Shown: positions 18,241 to 28,121 of the stretch, one piece after another | Position numbering within the stretch: the stretch's first letter is position 1 | Layout of the letters: each line of letters begins with the position of its first letter | From: Candidatus Bathyarchaeota archaeon | GTDB lineage: Archaea > Thermoproteota > Bathyarchaeia > Bathyarchaeales > Bathycorpusculaceae | Direction: 5' to 3' | NCBI GenBank assembly: GCA_963782525.1 | Contig: CAWAKC010000011.1 | Location: 99,963 to 163,962, forward strand | Length of the DNA stretch: 64,000 nt | The notes under the pieces: generated by a model | What the model saw: only the letters and a program-made list of their open reading frames with translations | Told to the model about the DNA's origin: nothing | Databases searched by the model: none | Position numbers and translations under genes: made by a program

Positions 18241-18674
18241 TTAGGCTTTGGGTTGTTTTTTGAAGTATTCCTTTAGTGGTTCCCAGTAGAATTCTGTCCA
18301 GCCCTCAGTGGTCTCATCCTTTTGGTCTTTAGGAACATTCGAATGTACCATCACTATTTCTGTTCCTTTAGGCACCGCACAAAAAGTCAGCTCCAACTTT
18401 GAAGGCAAAGCCCCTTCTGGAAAATCTGTTGAAGTCCATTCTTGAACAACACGTTTCCCATCTTCCAGCTCGAGAAATTTGCCTGAAATGTACCCGTCCA
18501 CGCGGTGAATTTGCCGCCGACCACTGGTTTGCCTGTGGCTTCGCTACCTGTGAATTCACTATGTTTTATCGGGTCCACATATGCGTCGTAGACTTGTTTG
18601 GGGGTGACTTTTGGAATGGTTATTTTTTGAGTTATTGTTATAGCTTCTAACGTGTTCAAAATATACACAACCAC
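18241..18674 (-). pseudogene. SRPBCC/AHSA1-domain protein, split by a 1-nt frameshift near 18498
   Basis: Overlapping ORFs join as ...GGKFTAW|DGYISGKFLELEDGKRVVQEW...GWTEFYWEPLK. Confidence 0.85.
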
Positions 18675-18732
18675 TAAACAGTAGGTTGGAAGGGTTTTTT
18701 AACTTTCACGCTTAAAGTATGAGCGAGCAAAA

Positions 18733-18951
18733 ATGGGAAGATGTACGGTTACTAAAGGTCAACGTCAACTGGGCAGAAAGATTCACAAGCTTGAGAATAG
18801 CGTGGAATTAAGTAGCAAAGAAGGCAAGGCAAAGCTAGATGAGCAGAAGTTTAAGCAGAAAACACAAGCCACTCAAGGTTACGTAAGTGATTCGCCAGTC
18901 CAAAACTTACGCGACCCAGCAAAATGGAAGAAAGACGAAACCAAAACTTAG
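18733..18951 (+). CDS. Small basic hypothetical protein
   Basis: 72-aa ORF with TATA-like TTAAAG upstream. Confidence 0.5.
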   Translation: MGRCTVTKGQRQLGRKIHKLENSVELSSKEGKAKLDEQKFKQKTQATQGYVSDSPVQNLRDPAKWKKDETKT

Positions 18952-19261
18952 CCAACCTACTTGAATCCCTAACAGAACTTCTATGCAGAAACTTAACGCA
19001 AGATAGCGTCAATGAGAAGATCGGCATGATTAAACCCTTCAAGCGCTTAGTCGTCGATTGCTTCAATCATCTCTTTGCCGCAGCACCAAGGCGCCTTATC
19101 CACGTTACGTTTAACATCGCCCGTACATGAAACCTCAAACTCGCAACGCATTTTGCGACCGCATACAGAACATTCGAATAACGGCATTTCAAACATCAAT
19201 CAAGTGAGAAAAGGACGCTTAAATATGTCGCGACACTATCAAACTAGAGGAGATTGTTTTT

Positions 19262-19567
19262 ATGGCTAGTTTTTCTGTTTCTTTACCTGTAAAATGGGCA
19301 GAATTTTTGAAGGGTTTAGCTGACGACCACGACGTAGACGTTGGCAAGGTTATTAGTGGGTTGTGTGAATGGGCTTTTTCCAGCGCTGATTATAAGGTGC
19401 AGTTTGAGGTTTGGTTGGATAAGGCTTATCCGCCAAAAGGGCAAGCTGAGGATAAAGCAAGTGCTGAAGGCGAAGAAAAAAGCGAAACTGAAGAAGAAAA
19501 CGAAAACGAAGAAGAAGAGGAAGCTCACGAGGACCGCGATTACAATGAAGACAAACTAAACCCTTGA
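19262..19567 (+). CDS. Hypothetical protein, RHH-like N-terminus with acidic tail
   Basis: SFSVSLPVKWAEFL start; Glu-rich C-terminus; GAGGAG Shine-Dalgarno site. Confidence 0.65.
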   Translation: MASFSVSLPVKWAEFLKGLADDHDVDVGKVISGLCEWAFSSADYKVQFEVWLDKAYPPKGQAEDKASAEGEEKSETEEENENEEEEEAHEDRDYNEDKLNP

Positions 19568-19906
19568 GCGTGAATTATCCAAATTAATTTCTCCAAAAAA
19601 ACCGCAAGCTGAGGTGAAACCTGCATGAGTGAAAATGAAAAAAAGAAATCTGGCGAGCAAGAAGTACCAACACAAACTACCCACCTAAAAAAACAACAAG
19701 GACGATACAGTGGAGGGAGCAAAAAAGAACCTGAGAAACTTAACGAAGCCGAAACAGGACTCAGACAATCTCGCGGAAAAAAACAACGACGACAATTCAA
19801 ACTTGCACCTAACAGAGGGTAAAATCCATTTCTGGTTTCGGCGCTCAGATTTGAATTTCCCTAATTTTTTTGTTTTTGCATTAAACTGTTTTTAGAGGTG
19901 ATATGA

Positions 19907-20032
19907 ATGTCAAAAGAGAAGAAAAAAGTTGAAAATGTTGCTGAAAAATCAGGAGAAGCAGTCGGTCGAGGCGTCAAGAAGAGTACTAAAGCCGTGAATG
20001 ATTTTGCAAAAGGAATCAAGAAAGAAAAATAA
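19907..20032 (+). CDS. 41-aa amphipathic small protein (not in ORF track)
   Basis: MSKEKKKVENVAEKSGEAVGRGVKKSTKAVNDFAKGIKKEK*; GAGGTGA Shine-Dalgarno site 5 nt upstream. Confidence 0.7.
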   Translation: MSKEKKKVENVAEKSGEAVGRGVKKSTKAVNDFAKGIKKEK

Positions 20033-20297
20033 GAGCCCAAAATTCTCCTTTCTCCTAAATAAAAAGAAAGTTATTATTTTTTTATGTCAATTCGTAGATT
20101 AAGTTCAATCGATAAGGTCGAGCCTGAATTTTCAACTGCATACCGCTTTGTTGCTGTGGTGCCCTGCCTACACATGTTTAATAGCCCTTTTATGTTACAT
20201 AGGACTTAATTGTGGAGTTAGGGATTTTGGGCGCGATAGATGATGTCATTCATTTCATTACTTCGGGAACCATACCGGTTTACCAACAATAGTTGTT

Positions 20298-20552
20298 ATG
20301 ATTCTTCCATTCATAGTTGGTTTGATCGTTGGCTATTTGGTCCATAAATCCTTAAAAATTGCAATTGTTGCCGCGGTCATACTTGTGATAGTTGCCTACT
20401 TGGGCTTTTTCGGTCTGAGTCTTGGCACCTTAAAATCTCTCTCAGACAAATATGGTCCAATTGCCATCCAATATAGTACGCTCCTCATAGGTATACTGCC
20501 GTTAGGTCTTGGTTTCATAGTAGGTTTAATCATCGGCTTCATTTTCTCTTAA
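20298..20552 (+). CDS. FUN14-like small membrane protein (true start may be near 20227, across a frameshift)
   Basis: FIVGLIVGYLVHKSLKIA and LGLGFIVG motifs. Confidence 0.65.
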   Translation: MILPFIVGLIVGYLVHKSLKIAIVAAVILVIVAYLGFFGLSLGTLKSLSDKYGPIAIQYSTLLIGILPLGLGFIVGLIIGFIFS

Positions 20553-20696
20553 ATAAATGTCAAGGTAAAGAAGATACTGTGGAGCTAACAGATTGATTCG
20601 GTTCAAGAGAGCGTTAGGTTTAAAGGAAGCGCAAGAGTAACTTCATTAAAAACTAACCCGTTTTTATTAAATCCCAAAATTCCGTGGTCTTAAAGG

Positions 20697-21725
20697 ATGA
20701 CACAAGTAACCCAAAATTCTGTTTTAGAAAAAAAAACGCCGCATCTCTCCGAAAACTTTCGGATGGGGTTTAGAGTTTATAGTGGATTGATCTCAAACCT
20801 TTTGGGTGCAAAAGTTCCATTTTTCTGCGGCCACAAATTGACGTACAACTGCAACCTCCGTTGCAAGATGTGTCCCTTTTGGAGAAGACCCAGCCCAGAC
20901 CCAAGCTTGGAACAGGAAAAAAAGGTCCTTAAGGAAATTTATCGTTCAGGCGCCGTAGGGGTCGCTTTTGAAGGTGGGGAACCGCTGCTTAGGTCTGATT
21001 TGGTGGAGATTCTTGCTTTTTCCCGGTCTTTACCTCTGCATACTAGCCTGATAACCAACGGTACACTCCTTGAATCCAAGATAAATCAGATAGCTCCGTA
21101 CATTAACGGTGTTGTTTATGTTTCGCTTGATGGGTTGGAGAAAACTCATGATTCAATCCGAGGGGTAAATGGAAGTTTTAAGAAAGCGATTCGAGGCATA
21201 AATGCAGCGAAAGAAAAAGTTGCCGTAACCATCAACACCACAGTGATGGCTGAAAACATCGATGAAATAGAAAGCTTAGTGCGGTTGGCTAAAAAGCTGG
21301 GTATCAAAATATCAGTGGCTGTGGCTCACGAGTACTGCAACGCTAACGCATCTTCACCTGCCACCGATAAAATACCGAAAATCGCTCGAAAGCTTATGCA
21401 GATGAAGCGAGAAGGCTTCCCCATCGTTAATTCAATCGGCTACTTTAGGGTAATGGCTAAAGAGAAAAACTGGCATTGCAAACCATGGACGATGATAAAC
21501 ATCGACCCTCATGGAAAAGTTGTTTTGCCCTGTTATGTCCACAACGATTATGCGAGCAGCGTCTCGGTTTTTGAGGGTGGGATTAAGAGGGCTGTTTCTG
21601 ATTTTGACTGGAAAAAAATAGAAAACTGCCAAAAATGCAGCCTGCATTGTTATGTTGAGCCTTCTTTGGTGCTTTCAAAAGATATTAGTGCGTACTTGCA
21701 TTGGGCATTTCGAGTTAGCGTCTAA
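20697..21725 (+). CDS. Radical SAM protein with SPASM/twitch-like C-terminus (PTO1314-like)
   Basis: CNLRCKMC, GGEP, and C-terminal CKPW...PCY...CQKCSLHC. Confidence 0.88.
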   Translation: MTQVTQNSVLEKKTPHLSENFRMGFRVYSGLISNLLGAKVPFFCGHKLTYNCNLRCKMCPFWRRPSPDPSLEQEKKVLKEIYRSGAVGVAFEGGEPLLRSDLVEILAFSRSLPLHTSLITNGTLLESKINQIAPYINGVVYVSLDGLEKTHDSIRGVNGSFKKAIRGINAAKEKVAVTINTTVMAENIDEIESLVRLAKKLGIKISVAVAHEYCNANASSPATDKIPKIARKLMQMKREGFPIVNSIGYFRVMAKEKNWHCKPWTMINIDPHGKVVLPCYVHNDYASSVSVFEGGIKRAVSDFDWKKIENCQKCSLHCYVEPSLVLSKDISAYLHWAFRVSV

Positions 21726-22258
21726 TTTTTAGAGTGTTGAAAGAAAATCTGGTTTGTTATGGCTAAAACGGTAGTTAATCAAGCAAAAAAGCTATTGTCA
21801 CTAAGTTTTTATTTGATGCAATAATAAAATTGTTTGTGGGTTTAAGAGAAGAGAGAGAAGGGCTAACTTAAACGCAAGCGAATTCAGGAAGAGAGAGGGG
21901 GAAACACTTCGCTTGCATTTAAGCTAACCTTTTCCTTACTGAGCATAATGTTCTTTGTAAATAAATAATGATGTGATTGTACTTATACAGCAACACGTTA
22001 TGAAAATTATATAGAATTAGTTTAGGGGAAAAAAATGGTTTTATCCTGCTCTTAAGAGTCGATAATTTCTTTGCATCGTGTTTTTTGTTCGTGATGTTGC
22101 AGTAATTGCAGTTAAACATCAGATGTTTTTATTGCTTTGTTAACCTGTAAACAAAACTTAAGGTTAAAGAGGGCTGGAAAGCTTGTTTGTTATTCAGAGA
22201 ATATTTATATTAGGCTTCATTGTTTAACTGCAAGGAAAAACCAAAGGATAGAGACTCT

Positions 22259-22723
22259 TTGACGACTCCTCATGACGTTCCAGCTTCAAAATTTATCGAT
22301 CGTTTAGCAAAGTACCTTAGGGAAAACGTTGACGAAGTTCAGCCACTACCATGGGCGACTTTCGCTAAAACAGGCATGCATGTTGAGAAGCAGCCGCAAG
22401 ACCCCAACTGGTGGTACACCAGAAGCGCATCGATTCTGCGTAAAGTATACATTTACGGTCCAATCGGACTTGAAAAACTACGCGCTGACTACGGCGGCAG
22501 AAAGAACAGAGGAAGCAAACCAGACCGCGTAAAAAAAGCCGGTGGAAGCGGAATTCGCAAGACTCTGCAGCAGCTCGAAACTGCCGGATTAATCCAGATT
22601 TCGAAACCTAAAGGAAGAGTAATGACTCCTAAAGGACGTAAGCTTCTCCAAGAAGTTGCTGGGGACTTATCAAAAGAAATAGTTAAAACTGTACCTGAGC
22701 TCAAGAAATATCAAGGCGAATAG
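22259..22723 (+). CDS. rps19e: 30S ribosomal protein S19e
   Basis: WWYTRSASILRKVY, YGGRKNRG and GRVMTPKG motifs; TTG start chosen. Confidence 0.96.
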   Translation: MTTPHDVPASKFIDRLAKYLRENVDEVQPLPWATFAKTGMHVEKQPQDPNWWYTRSASILRKVYIYGPIGLEKLRADYGGRKNRGSKPDRVKKAGGSGIRKTLQQLETAGLIQISKPKGRVMTPKGRKLLQEVAGDLSKEIVKTVPELKKYQGE

Positions 22724-22727
22724 GACA

Positions 22728-23057
22728 ATGTCTGATGATGAGCTTGAGCAGATTCGTAAACGAAAACTTTTGTCGATGCAAAGTCGCGTAAGTGACGAGC
22801 AAAGACAAGCTCAAGCAGAACAGCAGATGGAAGATCAAAAACAGGCGTTAATGGCTAAGATATTGACACCCGAAGCTCGGCAAAGGCTAAATAACCTGAA
22901 AATGGTTAAAAAAGACTTCGCTGAGAACATTGAGATGCAGCTGATTGAGATGGCGCAAACAGGAAAGTTGCCTATTCCACTGTCAGATGCACAGCTCAAA
23001 TCTATCCTAGTTCAGCTTCAATCACGGAAGCGAGAGACAAAAATTAGAAGGATATAG
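22728..23057 (+). CDS. PDCD5-like DNA-binding protein
   Basis: DDELEQIRKRKL and ILTPEARQRLNN motifs; conserved position after rps19e. Confidence 0.93.
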   Translation: MSDDELEQIRKRKLLSMQSRVSDEQRQAQAEQQMEDQKQALMAKILTPEARQRLNNLKMVKKDFAENIEMQLIEMAQTGKLPIPLSDAQLKSILVQLQSRKRETKIRRI

Positions 23058-23060
23058 AAG

Positions 23061-23219
23061 ATGGCCAGAGTTAAACCAACAGCAAAAAAACTCAGATTAG
23101 CCAAAGCTGGCAAAGAATCACAGTCTGTTCCAACATGGGTAATTGCCAGAACTGACGGTAAAGTTAGGAATAATCCTAAGCAGAGACGCAATTGGCGAAC
23201 CAGGAAAATAAAGGCATAG
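23061..23219 (+). CDS. rpl39e: 50S ribosomal protein L39e (not in ORF track)
   Basis: [52 protein letters not shown]. Confidence 0.95.
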   Translation: MARVKPTAKKLRLAKAGKESQSVPTWVIARTDGKVRNNPKQRRNWRTRKIKA

Positions 23220-23234
23220 GAGAATTAGATCGCG

Positions 23235-23714
23235 ATGTCTAAAGGAACCCAAGCTAAGCAAGTACCAAAAGAAGAAGAACTCGAAGAGTTAGCTGTGCCA
23301 GAAGAGGAACCTGAAACCGAAGTTGTTACAAAAGAGCAGGTTCCAGCTGAAGAAGAAGTTGCACCAGCCGAAGCTGTCAAAGAAGCTAAGCCAAAGAAAA
23401 AGAAGAAAGAAGAAGAAATTGTAGAAGAAAGATTCTATACCATCCCATTATCGCGAGCTCTCGTTCGTCCACCAAAGAAACGTGCACCACGAGCAATGCA
23501 ATTGATCAAAATCTTTGTTACCAAACACATGAAACTTGCCATTAAGGTTTCTGAAGAAGAGGAAGAAGAGGAACTGCCGCAACTAATCATCAGCAAAGAA
23601 GTTAACGAGAAAGTTTGGGACCGCGGCATAGAGAAGCCTCCACGAAAAATCAAGACACGCGTAACCAAAGACAAAGATGGCAACGTAACCGTCTATTTAG
23701 CGGAAACACAATAA
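23235..23714 (+). CDS. rpl31e: 50S ribosomal protein L31e with acidic N-terminal extension
   Basis: ERFYTIPL, KRAPRA and VWDRGIEKPPRKI motifs. Confidence 0.94.
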   Translation: MSKGTQAKQVPKEEELEELAVPEEEPETEVVTKEQVPAEEEVAPAEAVKEAKPKKKKKEEEIVEERFYTIPLSRALVRPPKKRAPRAMQLIKIFVTKHMKLAIKVSEEEEEEELPQLIISKEVNEKVWDRGIEKPPRKIKTRVTKDKDGNVTVYLAETQ

Positions 23715-23952
23715 CTGTTTCTTTATTTTTTATTTTATTTTTTTGGCTCAGTGGAAACTGTGCGGCTTTAGCCAGATTTTCAACGCACGGTTGAGTGCCC
23801 AAAGAACCAAAACAATATCTCTCTCTTAGTCTTTCAAAGGGCTTTGGTTTGCCATGCTCTAAAGGTTTTTGAGGCTTTATTAACCGCAATCTAAAAAAAG
23901 GAGTATCGCATGAAACTTTCGCTAACAGAACATTCATCAGGAGATTTAATTC

Positions 23953-24636
23953 TTGACAGTTTACTTATCAAGCATCGTTGGGAGCGCAAGCATAGGCGTG
24001 TATTCGCTTGCAACAGAGAACATAGTGTTGATTCCTCGAATGGTGCCACAGCAGAAAGCGCAGGAAATCGCGGACTGGCTAAAAGTGAAGCTTGCATACA
24101 CATCCATTAGCGGTTCAGTCCTCGCAGGTTCACTGGTATGCGCAAACTCTACAGGCATGCTGGTTTCCAACGGCATCCGCGAAGAAGAGTTAGCAGCGTT
24201 AAAATCGGTTTATGAAGGAAACATCACAGTCATGGATTCCAAAAAAACCGCGTATGGAAACTTGATTTTAACAAGCGACAAAGGTGCAGTAGTTGATCCA
24301 CGCTTCAAAGAGGCTGAAATCAAAAAAATCTCCAAAGCCTTAGGTTTGGAAGCGGTGCCCACAGAAATCGCAGGGTTACCCTACGTTGGCTCATTGGCTG
24401 TAGCTACAAACAAAGGCCTTTTAGCTCACCCTTTGCTGAAGGATGACGAGAGAAAAACCTTAGAATCTGTCCTCAAAGTGCCTGTTGACGTCGGCACCAT
24501 AAACTGTGGGGTCCCCTATGTTGGTACTGGCTTAATCGCTAATAGTCATGCTGCAGTAGCTGGTTCTATGACAACTGGACCCGAGATGTTTATAATTGGG
24601 AACGCACTGGATGTTGTGCAGGAAGAAGAAAAATGA
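23953..24636 (+). CDS. eif6: Translation initiation factor 6
   Basis: GTINCGVPYVG and TTGPE motifs; gene order. Confidence 0.94.
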   Translation: MTVYLSSIVGSASIGVYSLATENIVLIPRMVPQQKAQEIADWLKVKLAYTSISGSVLAGSLVCANSTGMLVSNGIREEELAALKSVYEGNITVMDSKKTAYGNLILTSDKGAVVDPRFKEAEIKKISKALGLEAVPTEIAGLPYVGSLAVATNKGLLAHPLLKDDERKTLESVLKVPVDVGTINCGVPYVGTGLIANSHAAVAGSMTTGPEMFIIGNALDVVQEEEK

Positions 24637-24860
24637 AAGCTTACAAAGTAACAGGCGAAATCAACAAGCCCCGACTATCTACTCCATTCGTTAGAGAACT
24701 CTTAGCAGACAAAAGCGAACATGCAGTTGAGAGAGTTTACGCTGAAATAGGCAGCCGCCACCGCGTAAAACGTTACCACATCAAAATCACAAGCTCACAG
24801 GAAATAACGGTAGATCAGGTCCAAAACCCCATCTTGAAGAAAATAATGGGCGGGGCATAG
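24633..24860 (+). CDS. rpl18a: 50S ribosomal protein L18a (LX/eL20)
   Basis: EHAVERVYAEIGSRHRVKR motif. Confidence 0.93.
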   Translation: MKAYKVTGEINKPRLSTPFVRELLADKSEHAVERVYAEIGSRHRVKRYHIKITSSQEITVDQVQNPILKKIMGGA

Positions 24861-24864
24861 TCGC

Positions 24865-25305
24865 TTGGCACATAGAGCAGACAAAGCTGAAGAAGAACTT
24901 CGTCGTCTCAGCATGGAAATGCGTTACTTAGAACAAACTGCGGATGCCCTTCAGCAACGCATAAGCATGGTAAACGCAGCTCTAACTGACATAAACTATG
25001 CTAATATGACGCTTGACGGCATCGAGAACGAGAAAGAAAGCTCTGAAATGCTAGTTCCAATCGGCGGAAGCTCTTACATTAAAGTTAAGCTTGCAGATAC
25101 AAACAAAGTAATCATAGGTGTCGGCGCAGGCGTATCAGTGGAAAAAAACCTTTCCGAAGCAAAAGCGGCTCTCAAAGAACGCTTAGATGAACTGGAAAAA
25201 ACTATGCATGCAGCTCAACAACAACTAAGTCAAGTGGCTGACCGCATCAACTCTGGAAGAAGCAGACTCGAAACTCTGCTTGCGACAAGAGAAGGGAAAC
25301 AATAG
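24865..25305 (+). CDS. pfdA: Prefoldin alpha subunit
   Basis: LVPIGGSSYI and IGVGAGVSVEK motifs; coiled-coil ends. Confidence 0.94.
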   Translation: MAHRADKAEEELRRLSMEMRYLEQTADALQQRISMVNAALTDINYANMTLDGIENEKESSEMLVPIGGSSYIKVKLADTNKVIIGVGAGVSVEKNLSEAKAALKERLDELEKTMHAAQQQLSQVADRINSGRSRLETLLATREGKQ

Positions 25306-25309
25306 CTCG

Positions 25310-26215
25310 ATGTTTGAGAAGCTCAAGTCGGGGTTTAAAGGGTTAGTAACCAAGGTAACCACAACTGAGCTTAAAACAGAAAATCTATCTCCTATTTTAT
25401 CTGATTTTAAAATGAGTCTAGCCGAAAACGATGTTGCTTTTCCAGTTGCTGACAAAATCTGCGATGAACTTGAAAAGCGTTTGTCGGGTATTTCGGTTAA
25501 ACGTTTAGATGACCGTAAAAAAATCGTTGAAGACAACCTGCGGCAAGTCCTCTTGGAAGTTATGTTGACCAACAAACGAATTGACCTGTTGCAACTGGCA
25601 GAAGAGAAACGCAAAAAGAAAGAACCTTTCACTTTAATGTTTGTAGGTATAAACGGCACTGGAAAAACCACCACCATAGCCAAAGTGGCCCATTTTCTAC
25701 GCGACAAAAGTTATTCAGTGATTCTTGCTGCCGCTGACACTTACCGTGCGGGATCCATTGAGCAGTTAGAAGAACATGGCAAACGCTTGGGCATGCGTGT
25801 AGTGAAAAGTATCTATGGCGGTGACCCGGCAGCAGTCGCATACGATGCGGTTAGCCACGCAAAAGCTCATGGCATCAACATAGTTTTGATTGATACTGCG
25901 GGAAGAATGCAAACTAACCAGAACTTGATGAATGAACTTATAAAAGTTAAACGCGTTGTAAAGCCCGACTTGACAGTTTTTGTTGTGGATTCACTTATTG
26001 GTAATGACGCGGTTATGCAGGCAGAAGAATTCAATAAAGCCGTTGGCATCGACGCAACTATCCTCACCAAAGTGGACGCCGACGTGAAAGGCGGCTCAGC
26101 ATTAAGCGTAACCTATGTAACTCAAAAGCCCATTTTGTTCATCGGAGTTGGGCAAACCTACAAGGACTTGGAACTGTTTAACCCAGAAAAATTCGTCAAC
26201 ATGGTACTAAGATAA
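25310..26215 (+). CDS. ftsY: Signal recognition particle receptor
   Basis: GINGTGKTTT, DTYRAG, DTAGR and TKVD..KGG motifs. Confidence 0.96.
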   Translation: MFEKLKSGFKGLVTKVTTTELKTENLSPILSDFKMSLAENDVAFPVADKICDELEKRLSGISVKRLDDRKKIVEDNLRQVLLEVMLTNKRIDLLQLAEEKRKKKEPFTLMFVGINGTGKTTTIAKVAHFLRDKSYSVILAAADTYRAGSIEQLEEHGKRLGMRVVKSIYGGDPAAVAYDAVSHAKAHGINIVLIDTAGRMQTNQNLMNELIKVKRVVKPDLTVFVVDSLIGNDAVMQAEEFNKAVGIDATILTKVDADVKGGSALSVTYVTQKPILFIGVGQTYKDLELFNPEKFVNMVLR

Positions 26216-26249
26216 CCCTCTCTTTTCTTCTCGTTTAGAGGCTGAAACG

Positions 26250-26759
26250 TTGATAATAAGACAGGAAAAACCTGAAGATTTTCAAAGCATATTCTTTTTA
26301 GTTAAAACTGCTTTTCAAACCGCCAAAGTATCTAATAGAGCCGAACAAGATTACGTGAAAAAACTTCGTGCCAGCAGTAACTATATTCCTGAACTTGCGT
26401 TAGTAACAGAACAAAACGCAAAGCTTGTCGCTCACATTATGCTTACTAAAACTTTTGTGGCAACGGGCGGCTCTAAATTTGAAGCTCTTTTGTTGGGGCC
26501 TCTTTGCGTGGCATTAGAGTACCGTAAAAATGGAATTGGCTCAAAACTAGTTGCGAAAAGTTTTGAATATGCAAAAAACTTGGGGTATACGACTGTTTTT
26601 GTGGTTGGTGACCCAGCGTTTTATGGTAGATTTGGTTTTAAATCCTCGGCGCTTTTTGGTATTAAGCATATTCCTTTGATTCCTGAGCAATACGTTATGG
26701 TTTACGAGTTATCCCCTGATGCATTGACAGGCATTGCTGGAACCGTAACTTTCACGTAA
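26250..26759 (+). CDS. GNAT N-acetyltransferase (YhbS-like)
   Basis: LGPLCV..EYRKNGIGSKL and GDPAFYGRFGF motifs. Confidence 0.9.
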   Translation: MIIRQEKPEDFQSIFFLVKTAFQTAKVSNRAEQDYVKKLRASSNYIPELALVTEQNAKLVAHIMLTKTFVATGGSKFEALLLGPLCVALEYRKNGIGSKLVAKSFEYAKNLGYTTVFVVGDPAFYGRFGFKSSALFGIKHIPLIPEQYVMVYELSPDALTGIAGTVTFT

Positions 26760-26777
26760 ACAAACAATTGCTAAATA

Positions 26778-27137
26778 CTATGGTTCTTCGATGGTTTCGA
26801 GTTCAAAGTGGATTTTGCTTGGATAAACCCAATAAGCCTTGATGAAGTCCTCCATAGCTTGGTCAACATCTAGGGCATCAAAAAAATTGAAGAATTCCTT
26901 ATCGATTCCCTCAAGGTTTTTTGAAGTGTAGACTTTTAGCTGCGCCAAATATTCCTTTTCTTGTAACAAATCTTCAATGGTTATGTTTTCTGGGATGTCG
27001 ATGGAGAAAGTTAAGTTTGTTAGAACATCTAAGGCAGCCGCTTTGTGTATGTTTTCGTTCTTTGTTTTTATTACAATTAGACGTTGGTCTGTTTTGCGGT
27101 AGTTCCAATCGGTTTCCTGATTAAATGATGCTGACAA
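26778..27137 (-). CDS. Hypothetical protein
   Basis: 119-aa ORF with GGGGGA Shine-Dalgarno-like site. Confidence 0.65.
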   Translation of the reverse strand: MSASFNQETDWNYRKTDQRLIVIKTKNENIHKAAALDVLTNLTFSIDIPENITIEDLLQEKEYLAQLKVYTSKNLEGIDKEFFNFFDALDVDQAMEDFIKAYWVYPSKIHFELETIEEP

Positions 27138-27179
27138 TAGTGTCCCCCAAAAAAATAAGAGTTAAGCGCCTATTTTACG

Positions 27180-27473
27180 TTACTTCTTTAGTTCAACGAC
27201 CAAAAGCTGAATCGTGGACTGGCCAATGTTTTGTGCTTCATGTGACTGGGCATTGAGGAAAATTGCGTCGCCATTTTTTAAGTCTAAAACATCGGTTTTA
27301 CCCTGTGATGTTAGCTTCATTTTGCCGCCCTCAATCACGTACACAATATGGTCAGGGTGATGATGCATCACGGCTTTGTCCCCAATCCTGAATGTAACAT
27401 CAAATAATCTTACGCGGTCATTTTCCATTTTAAACTTGTAAACGTTGCTCGCAACGTCTAAAGGGTCAAGCAT
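27180..27473 (-). CDS. Cupin domain protein
   Basis: ENDRVR, MHHHPDH..YVIEGG and HEAQNIG motifs. Confidence 0.88.
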   Translation of the reverse strand: MLDPLDVASNVYKFKMENDRVRLFDVTFRIGDKAVMHHHPDHIVYVIEGGKMKLTSQGKTDVLDLKNGDAIFLNAQSHEAQNIGQSTIQLLVVELKK

Positions 27474-27572
27474 GTTTTCGGTAATCAAAATCAGTTCACC
27501 AAACATACTCAGATTTTAAGGCAATTAAGTCTGTGTGGTAACGTATAGACAATCACAAGGCATTTTGCCACC

Positions 27573-28109
27573 TTGTTGGTTATTGAAAACGCCAAACCAA
27601 CCTCCATTCATAGGTTCCTAAATGGAACCACTGTTATGATCCAAATCGGTTTGCTTAAAATAATTGCAAATTTGGAAGAAACCTTTTATCGCCTCTATCG
27701 CTCCCTTGCTGTAAGGAGCACTGAATTTTTGCAGCAACCAAGCACACAACCAGCTTCTAAACCTCGCAGAGCGACCTTAGGCATCGTATTTTCCATCGTA
27801 GGAGCGGTACTGATCTTAATGCGGGGACTCATTAGAATTGTAACTAGCGACGTTATCACTTTCGTTGGTTCAGACGAAGTACGCCATAGGTTCCTCGCTG
27901 GGATAGCGCTAAATATAATTGGCGGTGTCGCAGTGGTTTTTGCGATTCTAATCTTAGTTGGTGTCTACTTGATTTACAATAAGATGGAAGCTACTGGTGC
28001 AGTATTAGTTCTAATCTTCTCTGTGCTAAGCATCCTTGTCGGCAGCGGCTGGCTCATCGGCTTAATCCTAGGCGTAATCGGCGGCATATTGGCGTTATTG
28101 AAAAAATGA
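27573..28109 (+). CDS. Membrane protein (true start probably downstream)
   Basis: Four hydrophobic helices; ends GLILGVIGGILAL. Confidence 0.65.
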   Translation: MLVIENAKPTSIHRFLNGTTVMIQIGLLKIIANLEETFYRLYRSLAVRSTEFLQQPSTQPASKPRRATLGIVFSIVGAVLILMRGLIRIVTSDVITFVGSDEVRHRFLAGIALNIIGGVAVVFAILILVGVYLIYNKMEATGAVLVLIFSVLSILVGSGWLIGLILGVIGGILALLKK

Positions 28110-28121
28110 GACAGTCTTTTA

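Noticed and set aside
21726-22258. Replication origin in the AT-rich gap
   Set aside because: No recognisable ORB repeats and no cdc6/orc1 gene in the window.
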